Source: Christensenellaceae bacterium (lineage in GTDB: Bacteria > Bacillota > Clostridia > Christensenellales > Borkfalkiaceae). Taken from it: DNA of 32,818 bases. Below, in pieces: positions 16,744 to 25,426 of the stretch. The notes beneath the pieces were generated by a model. It ran no database searches and was not told the DNA's origin. It saw only the letters and a program-made list of their open reading frames with translations. Within the stretch, counting starts at the first letter, position 1. The number at the start of each line of letters is the position of its first letter. The translations under genes and the position numbers were made by a program. The stretch is from NCBI GenBank assembly GCA_045606165.1, contig JAZURK010000068.1, positions 1-32,818 on the forward strand, given 5' to 3'.

Positions 16744-18210
16744 TTATTTTCCCCTTTTAAACCTTTTCTTCTCTATATAATATTTCGCATACGAAGATAG
16801 TAAGTATGCAATCCAAGTAGATTTTGAAATTTTATAAACTACACTTTCGTCTTTTTCAAAAGGAATTTCTAATAAATCTTTGCATACTTTACTTATAATA
16901 TTAACGTGAATTTTAGATAATTTCCTTTTTTTACGATTAACTGCCGTCCATATATAAATAATACTTCGGCTATTAAAGATATTAAGATAAACTTGTCCTA
17001 GCGTGTTGTAAATTAAATTCTCTTGTCCTGCCCATCTTCCGAGTCTATTTTCAATAGAAAACAAATCAAAGGTATTAACTTTTTCGCCCGAAGATTTTAT
17101 TTCGTTTAGCCAAAGTTTTAATTGAATTTTTGCACCTTTGCTATAATTATGTAATTTGCAACGGAAGTACGCTGGCGTCGCAAAAATAGTAGGAATATCA
17201 CGATGAAGCGAACATTTGCCCACTTGACCTATAATATCACCATTAATAACCGCACCGTCTCCAAAACTTTCCTTAATAGTATTGGCTATTCGCAAAGTTC
17301 GTAAAGAATATTTATCTTCGCCTAAAAGATTATCAAAGTTTTCTTTTAAATCTTTAGAAACGTCTATATCTTCAATAAGTCGATGTTCTAAATTGATTTT
17401 TTCACATAATTCAACAGGGATAACCACGTCTTGCGTTTTATCGCTATGTTCGGGGTGCTTTATCGTATAACAAGTAAAATTAGCGTTAGAATTTTTTAAA
17501 AATGCTAAAACAACCCTACTATCCCTACCCGAAGTGATAGGACAATACACCTTAAATTTGTCAATATACAATTTAAGTATATTTTCAATCATCGGTGCAA
17601 CTATTTCCGTTGCTTTGTCAAGGGTAATTTGTTTTTGCTTTATTCTTGAATTTATAAAGCGTACCGAAGATTTAGCGTTTATATCTAAATAGTGGTTTGG
17701 AATAAGTTGCTTTATTTTTCTATATTCAGTTATATCGTAAGGCATTGCTTGGGATATATCCCCATTGTTTCTAATTTTAATATACTCACTATCTACGTTA
17801 TAATTATTTTCTTTAACGATATAGTTTGGGTTGCTAGAACAAGTAAAATCGCCTTCTATATCGTAATAGATAGGAATACTACAAGTAGCGTCGCCTAAAA
17901 TATAATAGTTTTCTTCTTTTCTATATAAAACAAGGTACTTCCCGCCTAAAGACTTTTCATAATCTATAACGGCATTAATGTTTTCGCAATTTTCTATAAT
18001 TTCCTTGGCGAGATTTTCAACGCTACCTGATATAACGTTTACTGCGTAACCGAAAATAGCGCACTCGCTTTCGCCGTTAAAACAATGCGAAAAAGGTGTT
18101 CTTTCATCTATTGATATTTTGTATTTACCAAACTGTTTTCTTTCCGATAATTCGGGAACAGCCATTTCTTTTTCAGATAAGAAATAAGAAAAAACACTTT
18201 TAACGTTCAT
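16744..18210 (-). CDS. Asparagine-synthetase-like (AsnB fold) ATP-dependent amidoligase lacking the N-terminal catalytic cysteine
   Basis: 488 aa. By-eye alignment to AsnB gives three matches. LGGKYLVLYRKEENYYILGDATCSIPIYY corresponds to LQGMFAFALYD...YLIGRDHLGIIPLY. IKQLIPNHYLD corresponds to IKEFPAGSYL. The PP-loop-like VYCPITSGRDSRVVLAFL corresponds to VLLSGGLDSS. The N-terminus is MNVKS, with no Cys2 nucleophile. Confidence 0.55.
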   Translation of the reverse strand: MNVKSVFSYFLSEKEMAVPELSERKQFGKYKISIDERTPFSHCFNGESECAIFGYAVNVISGSVENLAKEIIENCENINAVIDYEKSLGGKYLVLYRKEENYYILGDATCSIPIYYDIEGDFTCSSNPNYIVKENNYNVDSEYIKIRNNGDISQAMPYDITEYRKIKQLIPNHYLDINAKSSVRFINSRIKQKQITLDKATEIVAPMIENILKLYIDKFKVYCPITSGRDSRVVLAFLKNSNANFTCYTIKHPEHSDKTQDVVIPVELCEKINLEHRLIEDIDVSKDLKENFDNLLGEDKYSLRTLRIANTIKESFGDGAVINGDIIGQVGKCSLHRDIPTIFATPAYFRCKLHNYSKGAKIQLKLWLNEIKSSGEKVNTFDLFSIENRLGRWAGQENLIYNTLGQVYLNIFNSRSIIYIWTAVNRKKRKLSKIHVNIISKVCKDLLEIPFEKDESVVYKISKSTWIAYLLSSYAKYYIEKKRFKRGK

Positions 18211-18222
18211 ATAAAACCCTCG

Positions 18223-19353
18223 CTAATTTTTTAAAACGCCTTGATATACATCGTTGTATTTAGAAACGATATCCTGCCAGTTGAAAACTTTAGCCGATTT
18301 AACGGTATTTAAAGTAATAGTATCGTAATTCTTTATAACTTTTTCTATACCGTCTGCTATGCTTTGTACGTCATAAGCATCTACGTGATAACCAACCTCT
18401 CCTTCAGGAAATTGGTTGTCAAATCCTTGCCCTTTTGAATAAATAACAGGTAAACCTTGGCTCATCGCCTCTGCATACACAAGTCCGAAAGATTCAGTAA
18501 AGGACGGCATTATAAAAATATTATGCTTACGATATTTTTCTATGAGTTCTTCTTTAGGTATAGCGCTAGTATAAGCACTATATTCGTCTAACATTATAGT
18601 GTCGAATAAGTTATCGTCTTCTACTCTACCTATAATTGAAAGTTTCGTATTATAGCCTCTATCCCTTAAAATAGCCATCGCTTTTTGGATAGATAAAATA
18701 TTTTTATTTTTGTCTATTCTTCCTGCATAAATTAATTTAACGTCATCACCAAGTTTAGGGGTGTCTTTTCTAGTATTTTTAAACCAAAAATCATCTATAC
18801 CATTAGGTATAACGTAGGATTTTTCCATAAGCACTTCTTTATACTTTTTAGGAACGTACTTATCAAAAACCTGTTTTTTGTAAGATTCCGAAAGGAAAAA
18901 AACAGCCTTTGCGTCAAGCATAATCTTAATACCACGATTTTTTAAATAAGGTTTTAGCCTAAAAAAACTATTAACGTCCGTATTCCTAACCGCTACAACG
19001 TAAGGAATATTATATTTTTTAGATAGTTTTCTAGCACAATTCCCATCAGTAAAAAGAGTATAGGCATGAATTAAATTAAATTCACTAACGTCATAATTTC
19101 TTTCTATAGATTTTAAAATCTTTCTTTGCTTTAAATCAAAGAATATCCTATCCCATTTTTTAAAACATTCAGAAACTACTACGTTATCGTTAGGCTTAAT
19201 TACCGCTACGTTTTTATCGTATATAGGAACAAACACGCTATTATCATACCCAGCTTTATCCAATTCTTCTATCATCAATTGATGAAGCGTAGTTCCTACG
19301 TAATTGCAATTAATATGTAATATCCTCTGTTTTAATTCTTTTTTGCCTTCCAT
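18223..19353 (-). CDS. GT4-family glycosyltransferase
   Basis: 376 aa. PSFTESFGLVYAEAMSQGLPVIYSKGQGF E-x7-E region. Confidence 0.85.
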   Translation of the reverse strand: MEGKKELKQRILHINCNYVGTTLHQLMIEELDKAGYDNSVFVPIYDKNVAVIKPNDNVVVSECFKKWDRIFFDLKQRKILKSIERNYDVSEFNLIHAYTLFTDGNCARKLSKKYNIPYVVAVRNTDVNSFFRLKPYLKNRGIKIMLDAKAVFFLSESYKKQVFDKYVPKKYKEVLMEKSYVIPNGIDDFWFKNTRKDTPKLGDDVKLIYAGRIDKNKNILSIQKAMAILRDRGYNTKLSIIGRVEDDNLFDTIMLDEYSAYTSAIPKEELIEKYRKHNIFIMPSFTESFGLVYAEAMSQGLPVIYSKGQGFDNQFPEGEVGYHVDAYDVQSIADGIEKVIKNYDTITLNTVKSAKVFNWQDIVSKYNDVYQGVLKN

Positions 19354-19361
19354 ATTTTTCC

Positions 19362-20336
19362 TTACAAATTTTCTTTATACCACTCGATTGCTTCTTCAAG
19401 ACCTTTTTCAAAATTATAGTCAGGCTCGTAGCCTAAAAGTTCTTTAGCTTTTGAAATATCAGCGTTACTGTGTTTTATATCGCCTTTTCTATCAGGACCA
19501 AAGATTGGCTCTATATCAACGTTAAGCGCTTTGGTAAGCGAATAATAAATATCTATAAGATATTCCCTACCGCCGTAAGCGATATTGAACGCTTGTCCCG
19601 CCGCAGAACTTGGCGCTAAACAAGCCTTTAAGTTTGCCTCAATAACGTTTTCGATATAAGTAAAGTCTCTTGACTGTTTACCGTCGCCGTTAATAGTAGG
19701 ACTTTCGCCGTCTAAAAGTTGTTTGATAAACTTTGGAATAACCGCAGCGTACGCGCCGTACGGGTCTTGCCTTCTACCAAACACGTTAAAATATCTCATA
19801 CCATAGGTATCTAAACCATAGTGCATAGTGTATTGTTTAGCCCATTCTTCATCGCACATCTTGGTAACGGCGTAAGGAGATAAAATATTGCCTTCTCTAC
19901 CTTCTTTTTTAGGAAGGTTAGGCTCGTCACCGTATACCGAAGACGAAGACGCGTAAACGAATTTTTTAACGCCTTTTTGTCTTGCTGCTTCTAACATATT
20001 TAAAGTTCCTTGAATATTGTTAGCGCAGTAAAAAAGTGGCATTTCAATCGAGCGCGGAACACTCCCCCAAGCGGCTTGGTTTAAAACGTAATCAACACCC
20101 TCACAAGCCTTTAAACAAGTATCTAAATCTTTAATGTCCCCTTTCATAAACTCATAGTTAGGGTTATCTAAAAACATATCCACGTTTGCTTGTTTACCTG
20201 TAGAAAGGTCGTCTAAACAACGAACTTTATAACCAAGATTAAGTATCGCCTCGCAAAGGTTTGAACCTATAAAACCTGCGCCACCCGTTACTAAAAACAA
20301 CGTATTCTTTTCAAACTTTAAATGTTTATATCCCAT
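19362..20336 (-). CDS. WbpP/TviC-like SDR, UDP-N-acetylhexosamine (or UDP-HexNAc-uronate) C4-epimerase
   Basis: 324 aa. VTGGAGFIGSN, QAAWGSVPRS, SPYAVTK, RYFNVFGRRQDPYGAYAAVIPKF, INGDG-x-SRDFTYIENV. Near-colinear with my recollection of P. aeruginosa WbpP. Confidence 0.85.
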   Translation of the reverse strand: MGYKHLKFEKNTLFLVTGGAGFIGSNLCEAILNLGYKVRCLDDLSTGKQANVDMFLDNPNYEFMKGDIKDLDTCLKACEGVDYVLNQAAWGSVPRSIEMPLFYCANNIQGTLNMLEAARQKGVKKFVYASSSSVYGDEPNLPKKEGREGNILSPYAVTKMCDEEWAKQYTMHYGLDTYGMRYFNVFGRRQDPYGAYAAVIPKFIKQLLDGESPTINGDGKQSRDFTYIENVIEANLKACLAPSSAAGQAFNIAYGGREYLIDIYYSLTKALNVDIEPIFGPDRKGDIKHSNADISKAKELLGYEPDYNFEKGLEEAIEWYKENL

Positions 20337-20346
20337 AAAACTCTCC

Positions 20347-22731
20347 CTAAAATACTACTTTTGAACCGTGTGATGCAGAGCAAACGTACGCGCTACGCTC
20401 ATAGCCGTATTTATCGTAATAATCTTTATTAACCGCGTTTAAAACGATATCCGCTTTATCTTTTTCAATAAGAGCGATAACGCAACCGCCAAGTCCCGCA
20501 CCGATAATTTCACTACCGATAACGCCTTCAGTTCCGTTTAATAAATCTACCAAATAGTCGATTTGTTCAGTTGAACAATTATAATTACCAGAACACTCTG
20601 CTATATCAACGTCGTTGTCGATAAGCGATTGTAAGTATTCGTCGGTAACGGCAAACTCTTTAATTCTATCGCCGTCGTGACTAATCTTCATATACCTACC
20701 GAATTCTTCGTAATTGCCGTCTTCAAGCAACTGTAAACACTTTTCAGCCCTTACACATTCGGAAATACCAAATAAAGCAACACCCCTTAAATCGTAAATA
20801 CCCGGGTCTTTATGAGTAGCAAAAATCCTTTTAACGTCTTGCTCGTATTCAGGCAAAAGAGCCTTTACGCTACCCCTAGTAACAGTTTCCGGTATAGCTT
20901 TTAAAATTTCGTAAATTTCAGTATACGGTCTAACTTTAGCAACGTCTCTAAATTCCGCAAATCTATATTTAGGGAAGTATTTATTCATTAACATTAATGC
21001 AAATTCGTAAGACGCGACTTTAGCGTTAAACTTATCCTTACTGCCTTCCGATTTTTTCGCTTTTATCATACTGTTAGCAAGAAGTACGGCGTATTTATCC
21101 GAAAAAGCAACGTCTTTAATAACTTCCATTGGTTTAAACTTGATGTGAACGATACGTCCGCTTTTACCGCATTTCATAGACGCTTGGTCCCCCGCGCCAC
21201 CGCGTGAACCAACGAACCACTCACCTTCACCACACAATTCAATAAATTGCCTATCGGTAATATTTAAAGCGTTAAGCGCAACAACCGCCTCCATTGTAGA
21301 AACAACTATGCTTGATGATGACGAAATGCCCGCCGCAACAGGCAACGTTCCACCCGCAGCCATATCCATACCGCAAATAGTATCATTAAACTCAAATTGA
21401 GCTCTTATAACCGAACTTTTAACGTAGTTACACCAATCGCCGTTGGTTTCTTTTAGTTCTTGTTTAACCCTTTCGTCGTTAAGGTAATCAAGCCAATTAT
21501 CGTATTTTATATCGCCTAAAGTTTTGCTAATCGAAAAACTTCTATCTGGATAAACGCTACTTACGTTTGTAATGTTAACAGTATCGTCATCTCTTGGAGC
21601 GCTGACAAAAACCATATCTTTATCGGTAGTTATAACGTTTATAGCGCCACCGCGGTGGTCGATGTGCCTACCCATAAGGTTAACCCTACCAGGCGCTCTT
21701 GTTATAACAACCTTTTTATCACCGTATTTTTCGATGAAAAGTTGTAAAATTTTTATATATCTATCTTTATGGAAAGATTTTTCTTCGCCGTATAAAAGGG
21801 CAAAATACTCGTCTAATTTACCGTTATTTATGTCTTCAATAAAATTGCTTGCCGTGCGCATAAAGTGTCTTGAAATGACTTTAAGTTCAGGTTTTGTTGA
21901 ATAAGTTAACATATCCGTAGGATTATTAACTTCGTATAAGCAAGCCTCGCCGTTTAAAGCGAATTTTTCAAGTGCATCGGTAAGATAAATCTCGCCTTGA
22001 GCGTTGTTAGAGCCAAGCGTTAAAATAATTTCAACGGCTCTATCTAAATCAAAACAGTAAAGTCCCGCGTTTGCGTATTTAGTAGAAAGGACTTCTTTAG
22101 CGCTAAAAGTTTTACCGCAAAGTGTAATTTCGCCTTGAGGTTTTTTAGCCTTTGCTTTTTTTATAACTTTTTCGCCTTTATTCGCGTTGATTCCCGTTTC
22201 CTTAACGGCTTTTTCATAATCTTTTTCTTCAAAAGACGCAAGGTGCATTAAAACGGCATCGGCAAACTCTACTACGCCGTAAGGTTTATTATTTTGAACG
22301 ACAACCCTACCTCCACTAAAATTGGCGTTTATAGGTTGAACGCCCCATACCGCTTTAGACGTTTTAGAGTTTTTAATAAGGTCTTTTATAACTTGGGTTG
22401 AAATTATTTTATCACCCATCGAAATTATAACGGGACCAGAGTAACCAACCGTTTTTAAGGCGTTAAGACCGCATAAAGCAGCGTGTCCCGTGCCTTTTTG
22501 TTCTTTTTGGTAAGCGTAAACAACGCCGTCTTCTCCGTCTAGGCAATTCATTACGCTATACGCTTGGTGACCTATAACGATAACGAAACGGCTTACTCCC
22601 GCCTCTTTCATATTTGAAATTATTCTTTTAATCGTAGGAATTCCCGCGCAATCAAAACATACTTTGTTTTGAGAGTCGTCGTTCATTCTTGTTCCTTTAC
22701 CCGCGCAAAGAATAACTGCTGCAGCGTTCAT
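20347..22731 (-). CDS. Bifunctional GlmU-like sugar-1-phosphate nucleotidyltransferase (N-terminal) / GHMP-family sugar 1-kinase (C-terminal)
   Basis: 794 aa. The N-terminal AAVILCAGKGTRM, QKEQKGTGHA and NAQGEIYLTD motifs are GlmU-type pyrophosphorylase motifs. The C-terminal PGRVNLMGRHIDHRGG (galactokinase signature-like), PVAAGISSSSS (GHMP motif II) and GAGLGGCVIAL (motif III) mark the kinase. SD AAGGGGGA. Confidence 0.8.
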   Translation of the reverse strand: MNAAAVILCAGKGTRMNDDSQNKVCFDCAGIPTIKRIISNMKEAGVSRFVIVIGHQAYSVMNCLDGEDGVVYAYQKEQKGTGHAALCGLNALKTVGYSGPVIISMGDKIISTQVIKDLIKNSKTSKAVWGVQPINANFSGGRVVVQNNKPYGVVEFADAVLMHLASFEEKDYEKAVKETGINANKGEKVIKKAKAKKPQGEITLCGKTFSAKEVLSTKYANAGLYCFDLDRAVEIILTLGSNNAQGEIYLTDALEKFALNGEACLYEVNNPTDMLTYSTKPELKVISRHFMRTASNFIEDINNGKLDEYFALLYGEEKSFHKDRYIKILQLFIEKYGDKKVVITRAPGRVNLMGRHIDHRGGAINVITTDKDMVFVSAPRDDDTVNITNVSSVYPDRSFSISKTLGDIKYDNWLDYLNDERVKQELKETNGDWCNYVKSSVIRAQFEFNDTICGMDMAAGGTLPVAAGISSSSSIVVSTMEAVVALNALNITDRQFIELCGEGEWFVGSRGGAGDQASMKCGKSGRIVHIKFKPMEVIKDVAFSDKYAVLLANSMIKAKKSEGSKDKFNAKVASYEFALMLMNKYFPKYRFAEFRDVAKVRPYTEIYEILKAIPETVTRGSVKALLPEYEQDVKRIFATHKDPGIYDLRGVALFGISECVRAEKCLQLLEDGNYEEFGRYMKISHDGDRIKEFAVTDEYLQSLIDNDVDIAECSGNYNCSTEQIDYLVDLLNGTEGVIGSEIIGAGLGGCVIALIEKDKADIVLNAVNKDYYDKYGYERSAYVCSASHGSKVVF

Positions 22732-22755
22732 AATTTATTCCCCCTTTAAATCCGA

Positions 22756-23790
22756 TTACATATTAATCATCAACTCTTTAACTACCTTAATAGGTGTATA
22801 ACAATCCGCTTTTTTTAAGCAATTTTTCTTTAAATCGTTTAACTTATTATTAAGATTTTCATCTAACAAAATACTTTTAAATTGCTCTACATTTTTAAAG
22901 TCATATCCTATACTAACGCTATCATCTAAAACGTCAGCATAATGTAACCATTTAGAACTAATAATTGGCAACCCTGCACTAAAAGCATCTATAATCGTAC
23001 CAGGCAGTCCTTCAGTGTAAAAACGTGTTGGAAATAATAACGCAAAATAATCTTTTAACACTTCTACCGATTGATTATACGGAACAATTCCACTATATTT
23101 TATATAGTCGGGAAAAGTTTTTTGTAAATTTTCAAACCAGCCCGTTTCGTTTTTGTCAATTTGCCCGTAAATATCTAACGAATAAACCGTTCTACCAAAA
23201 TGCTCGTTTGCGTATATTACCGCGTTAACCGCGTCTTCTATGCCCTTTTGCTTACATACCCTTGAAAAAGTACAAAGTTTATAAGGTTCACTTTTAGAAT
23301 AAACGAGTTCGTTTTCTTTTAAAACGTTTAATTTTTTACAATTAGGCATAACGAAAACGTTAGTAAGACCTATATTTTCAAGCGCTATTTTCATGGTGTT
23401 AGTTTCAACGTATACACCTTCAAACTTATTTAATTTTTTTAATAATCCTTTTTGAGTTTTTAAAAGCTTTGGAAGCCAACCGCCTATTACAACGTAATGA
23501 ATTTTTCTTTTTTTGAAAAACAATCTAAAAAAATTAAGTAATGGCACGTAAACTCTTACACCGTTGCGAGAAGGAAAAATAACAACGTTAAACGCATTTC
23601 TTAAAGCTTTAACAACTTGAAACGGTGATTTAAAAGCAACTTTTCTTCCGCCGTGTGTATCAAATTTTAAAACTTGGTCACTTCCTAATTGATTTTCTAA
23701 TTCTTTGGTTATAGTTTTAGTTTTTATAATTTGACCGTCTAAAAACTCTTTTCCAAATGCAAAGTGTCCGATTACTGATAGTTTTTTCAT
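22756..23790 (-). CDS. Putative GT-B glycosyltransferase (divergent GT4-like)
   Basis: 344 aa. N-terminal IGHFAFGKEFLDGQIIKTK (seen in streptococcal and lactococcal EPS GTs) and C-terminal FPTRFYTEGLPGTIIDAFSAGLPIISS. Confidence 0.6.
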   Translation of the reverse strand: MKKLSVIGHFAFGKEFLDGQIIKTKTITKELENQLGSDQVLKFDTHGGRKVAFKSPFQVVKALRNAFNVVIFPSRNGVRVYVPLLNFFRLFFKKRKIHYVVIGGWLPKLLKTQKGLLKKLNKFEGVYVETNTMKIALENIGLTNVFVMPNCKKLNVLKENELVYSKSEPYKLCTFSRVCKQKGIEDAVNAVIYANEHFGRTVYSLDIYGQIDKNETGWFENLQKTFPDYIKYSGIVPYNQSVEVLKDYFALLFPTRFYTEGLPGTIIDAFSAGLPIISSKWLHYADVLDDSVSIGYDFKNVEQFKSILLDENLNNKLNDLKKNCLKKADCYTPIKVVKELMINM

Positions 23791-23808
23791 TAAATCGTTC
23801 TCTCTAAA

Positions 23809-24720
23809 TTAATTATTATTTGCTTTCTTTCTTCTTCCTAAAGCCAGCGCCTCTTTAACGGCGGTAAGTGGAGAACACAATACCGAAACAAATAACGACC
23901 AAAGCGCCCTAAAGTATTTTTTATTCCTTTTATACGCTACCGCCATAACAGCGTAATGACGGCACTTAACGTATTGGCGTTCAGTAAATTTTAAATCCTT
24001 AAAAAATGATTTTTTGTACTTATATAAGGATTTTTCTCCGCTTATTTTGTTTTTTCCTGTAGAAATAGCCTCTGCTTTAGTGCGATACGCTTTTATATAA
24101 CATTCAGGATAATATCCAAACTTATAATCGCCTTGCAACATTTTTTGCATAAGGTAATATTCTTGCCCCATAGATACAACTTCAAATCCGCCTATATCTA
24201 AAAGAATTTGACGCTTTACCATAAAAGTAGGCGTACCCGTAATTTGTTTGGTTAAATGATATCTTCTTAAATAACCAACGCTAAAATCAGGAATATTATG
24301 TTCCCTTACGTCAATAAGTTTATCTTCTTCGTTATATAAATTGAGTTTACCAAAACACACGTCAAGCGCATTTTCAAGCATAAACTCAAGTTGCTTTTCT
24401 ACCTTTTCAGGCAAATAAACGTCATCATCATCTAAAAAGGTTATATAGTCACCCGTTGCAATTTTAATACCTTCGTTTCGCGCACCCGACCCACCTAAAT
24501 TTTCAGCGTTTTGAATAAATACGATTCTATTATCGTTTAAATCAGAAACCATTTTTTCTACGTCAGCACGATATTTATTTAAATCCTCTCTCGCATTATC
24601 GTCAACGAGAACAATTTCTATTTTAGGATAAGTTTGAGAAAGTAAAGATTTTACTGCCCTTTCAACTAAACTTCTCTCTCTTTTATACGTAGGCATTATA
24701 ATTGAAACTGTTTTTTCCAT
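23809..24720 (-). CDS. Family 2 glycosyltransferase
   Basis: 303 aa. VSIIMPTYKRERSL...LLSQTYPKIEIVLVDDNA and FLDDDDVY (DxD). Confidence 0.85.
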   Translation of the reverse strand: MEKTVSIIMPTYKRERSLVERAVKSLLSQTYPKIEIVLVDDNAREDLNKYRADVEKMVSDLNDNRIVFIQNAENLGGSGARNEGIKIATGDYITFLDDDDVYLPEKVEKQLEFMLENALDVCFGKLNLYNEEDKLIDVREHNIPDFSVGYLRRYHLTKQITGTPTFMVKRQILLDIGGFEVVSMGQEYYLMQKMLQGDYKFGYYPECYIKAYRTKAEAISTGKNKISGEKSLYKYKKSFFKDLKFTERQYVKCRHYAVMAVAYKRNKKYFRALWSLFVSVLCSPLTAVKEALALGRRKKANNN

Positions 24721-24721
24721 T

Positions 24722-25426
24722 TTAATCTTCCTTATAATCTTTTCCTAGTACGGCAAAAACCGTCATAAACATAACTTTTATTTCGCCAAAAAAACTAAAT
24801 TTTTCTATGGCACGTAAGTTGTATTTCATTTTTGCAGGTAAAATCTCTTTAACGTAGGTTTTATCAGTATCTTCCGCGCCGCTTAAAAGTTCAGCCTCGT
24901 CTTTATAGTAAATACTTGCTAAACTCGTAACGCCTGCGGGGAGCAATAAAGTTGCCATCATTTCAGGGGTATACTCGTCAACGTATTTTATTGCCTCCGG
25001 CCTAGTTCCAACGAAAGACATAGTACCGCGTAAAACGTCAATTAATTGACTTACTTCATCAAGTCTACATTTTCTAATGAACTTTCCAACTTTAGTAATT
25101 CTACTATCGCCATCAACGGTAACGTGTGTGCCAATTTTGTCAGCGTTGTTTACCATTGTACGGAATTTAAAAATTCTAAATTTTTTACCATATTGGGTAA
25201 CCCTTACCTGCCTATAAAATACAGGGCCAGGACTATCAATTTTAATAGCAATAGCCAAGATTAAAAAAATCGGAGATAAAATTATAAGCATAATAAGCGA
25301 AACGAAAAAATCGAACAGTCTTTTAAAAAACAAACTAAATTTTTTCTTTTTTAAAATATCGTAATATTTTTTTACTTCTTCAGTTTTCATTTCTTCTGGA
25401 AGTTTATCCCACTTTATAATTCTCAC
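24722..25426 (-). CDS. Small (PglC/EpsL/WcfS-type) initiating phosphoglycosyl transferase, bacterial sugar transferase family
   Basis: 234 aa. KRLFDFFVSLIMLIILSPIFLILAIAIKIDSPGPVFYRQVRVTQYGKKFRIFKFRTM ... DEVSQLIDVLRGTMSFVGTRPE. GTG start with a strong SD (AAGGAG, 8 nt) and GTGA overlap with the upstream stop. Confidence 0.9.
   Translation of the reverse strand: MRIIKWDKLPEEMKTEEVKKYYDILKKKKFSLFFKRLFDFFVSLIMLIILSPIFLILAIAIKIDSPGPVFYRQVRVTQYGKKFRIFKFRTMVNNADKIGTHVTVDGDSRITKVGKFIRKCRLDEVSQLIDVLRGTMSFVGTRPEAIKYVDEYTPEMMATLLLPAGVTSLASIYYKDEAELLSGAEDTDKTYVKEILPAKMKYNLRAIEKFSFFGEIKVMFMTVFAVLGKDYKED

Noticed and set aside
16744-18210. Lasso-peptide or other RiPP cluster interpretation (Cys-less AsnB-like cyclase plus an NTP_transf_5 protein elsewhere in the window)
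   Set aside because: No transglutaminase-like leader peptidase, RRE/PqqD protein, precursor-peptide-like small ORF or ABC exporter is nearby. The two genes are about 16 kb apart and embedded among glycosyltransferases. A glycan-tailoring role is more parsimonious.
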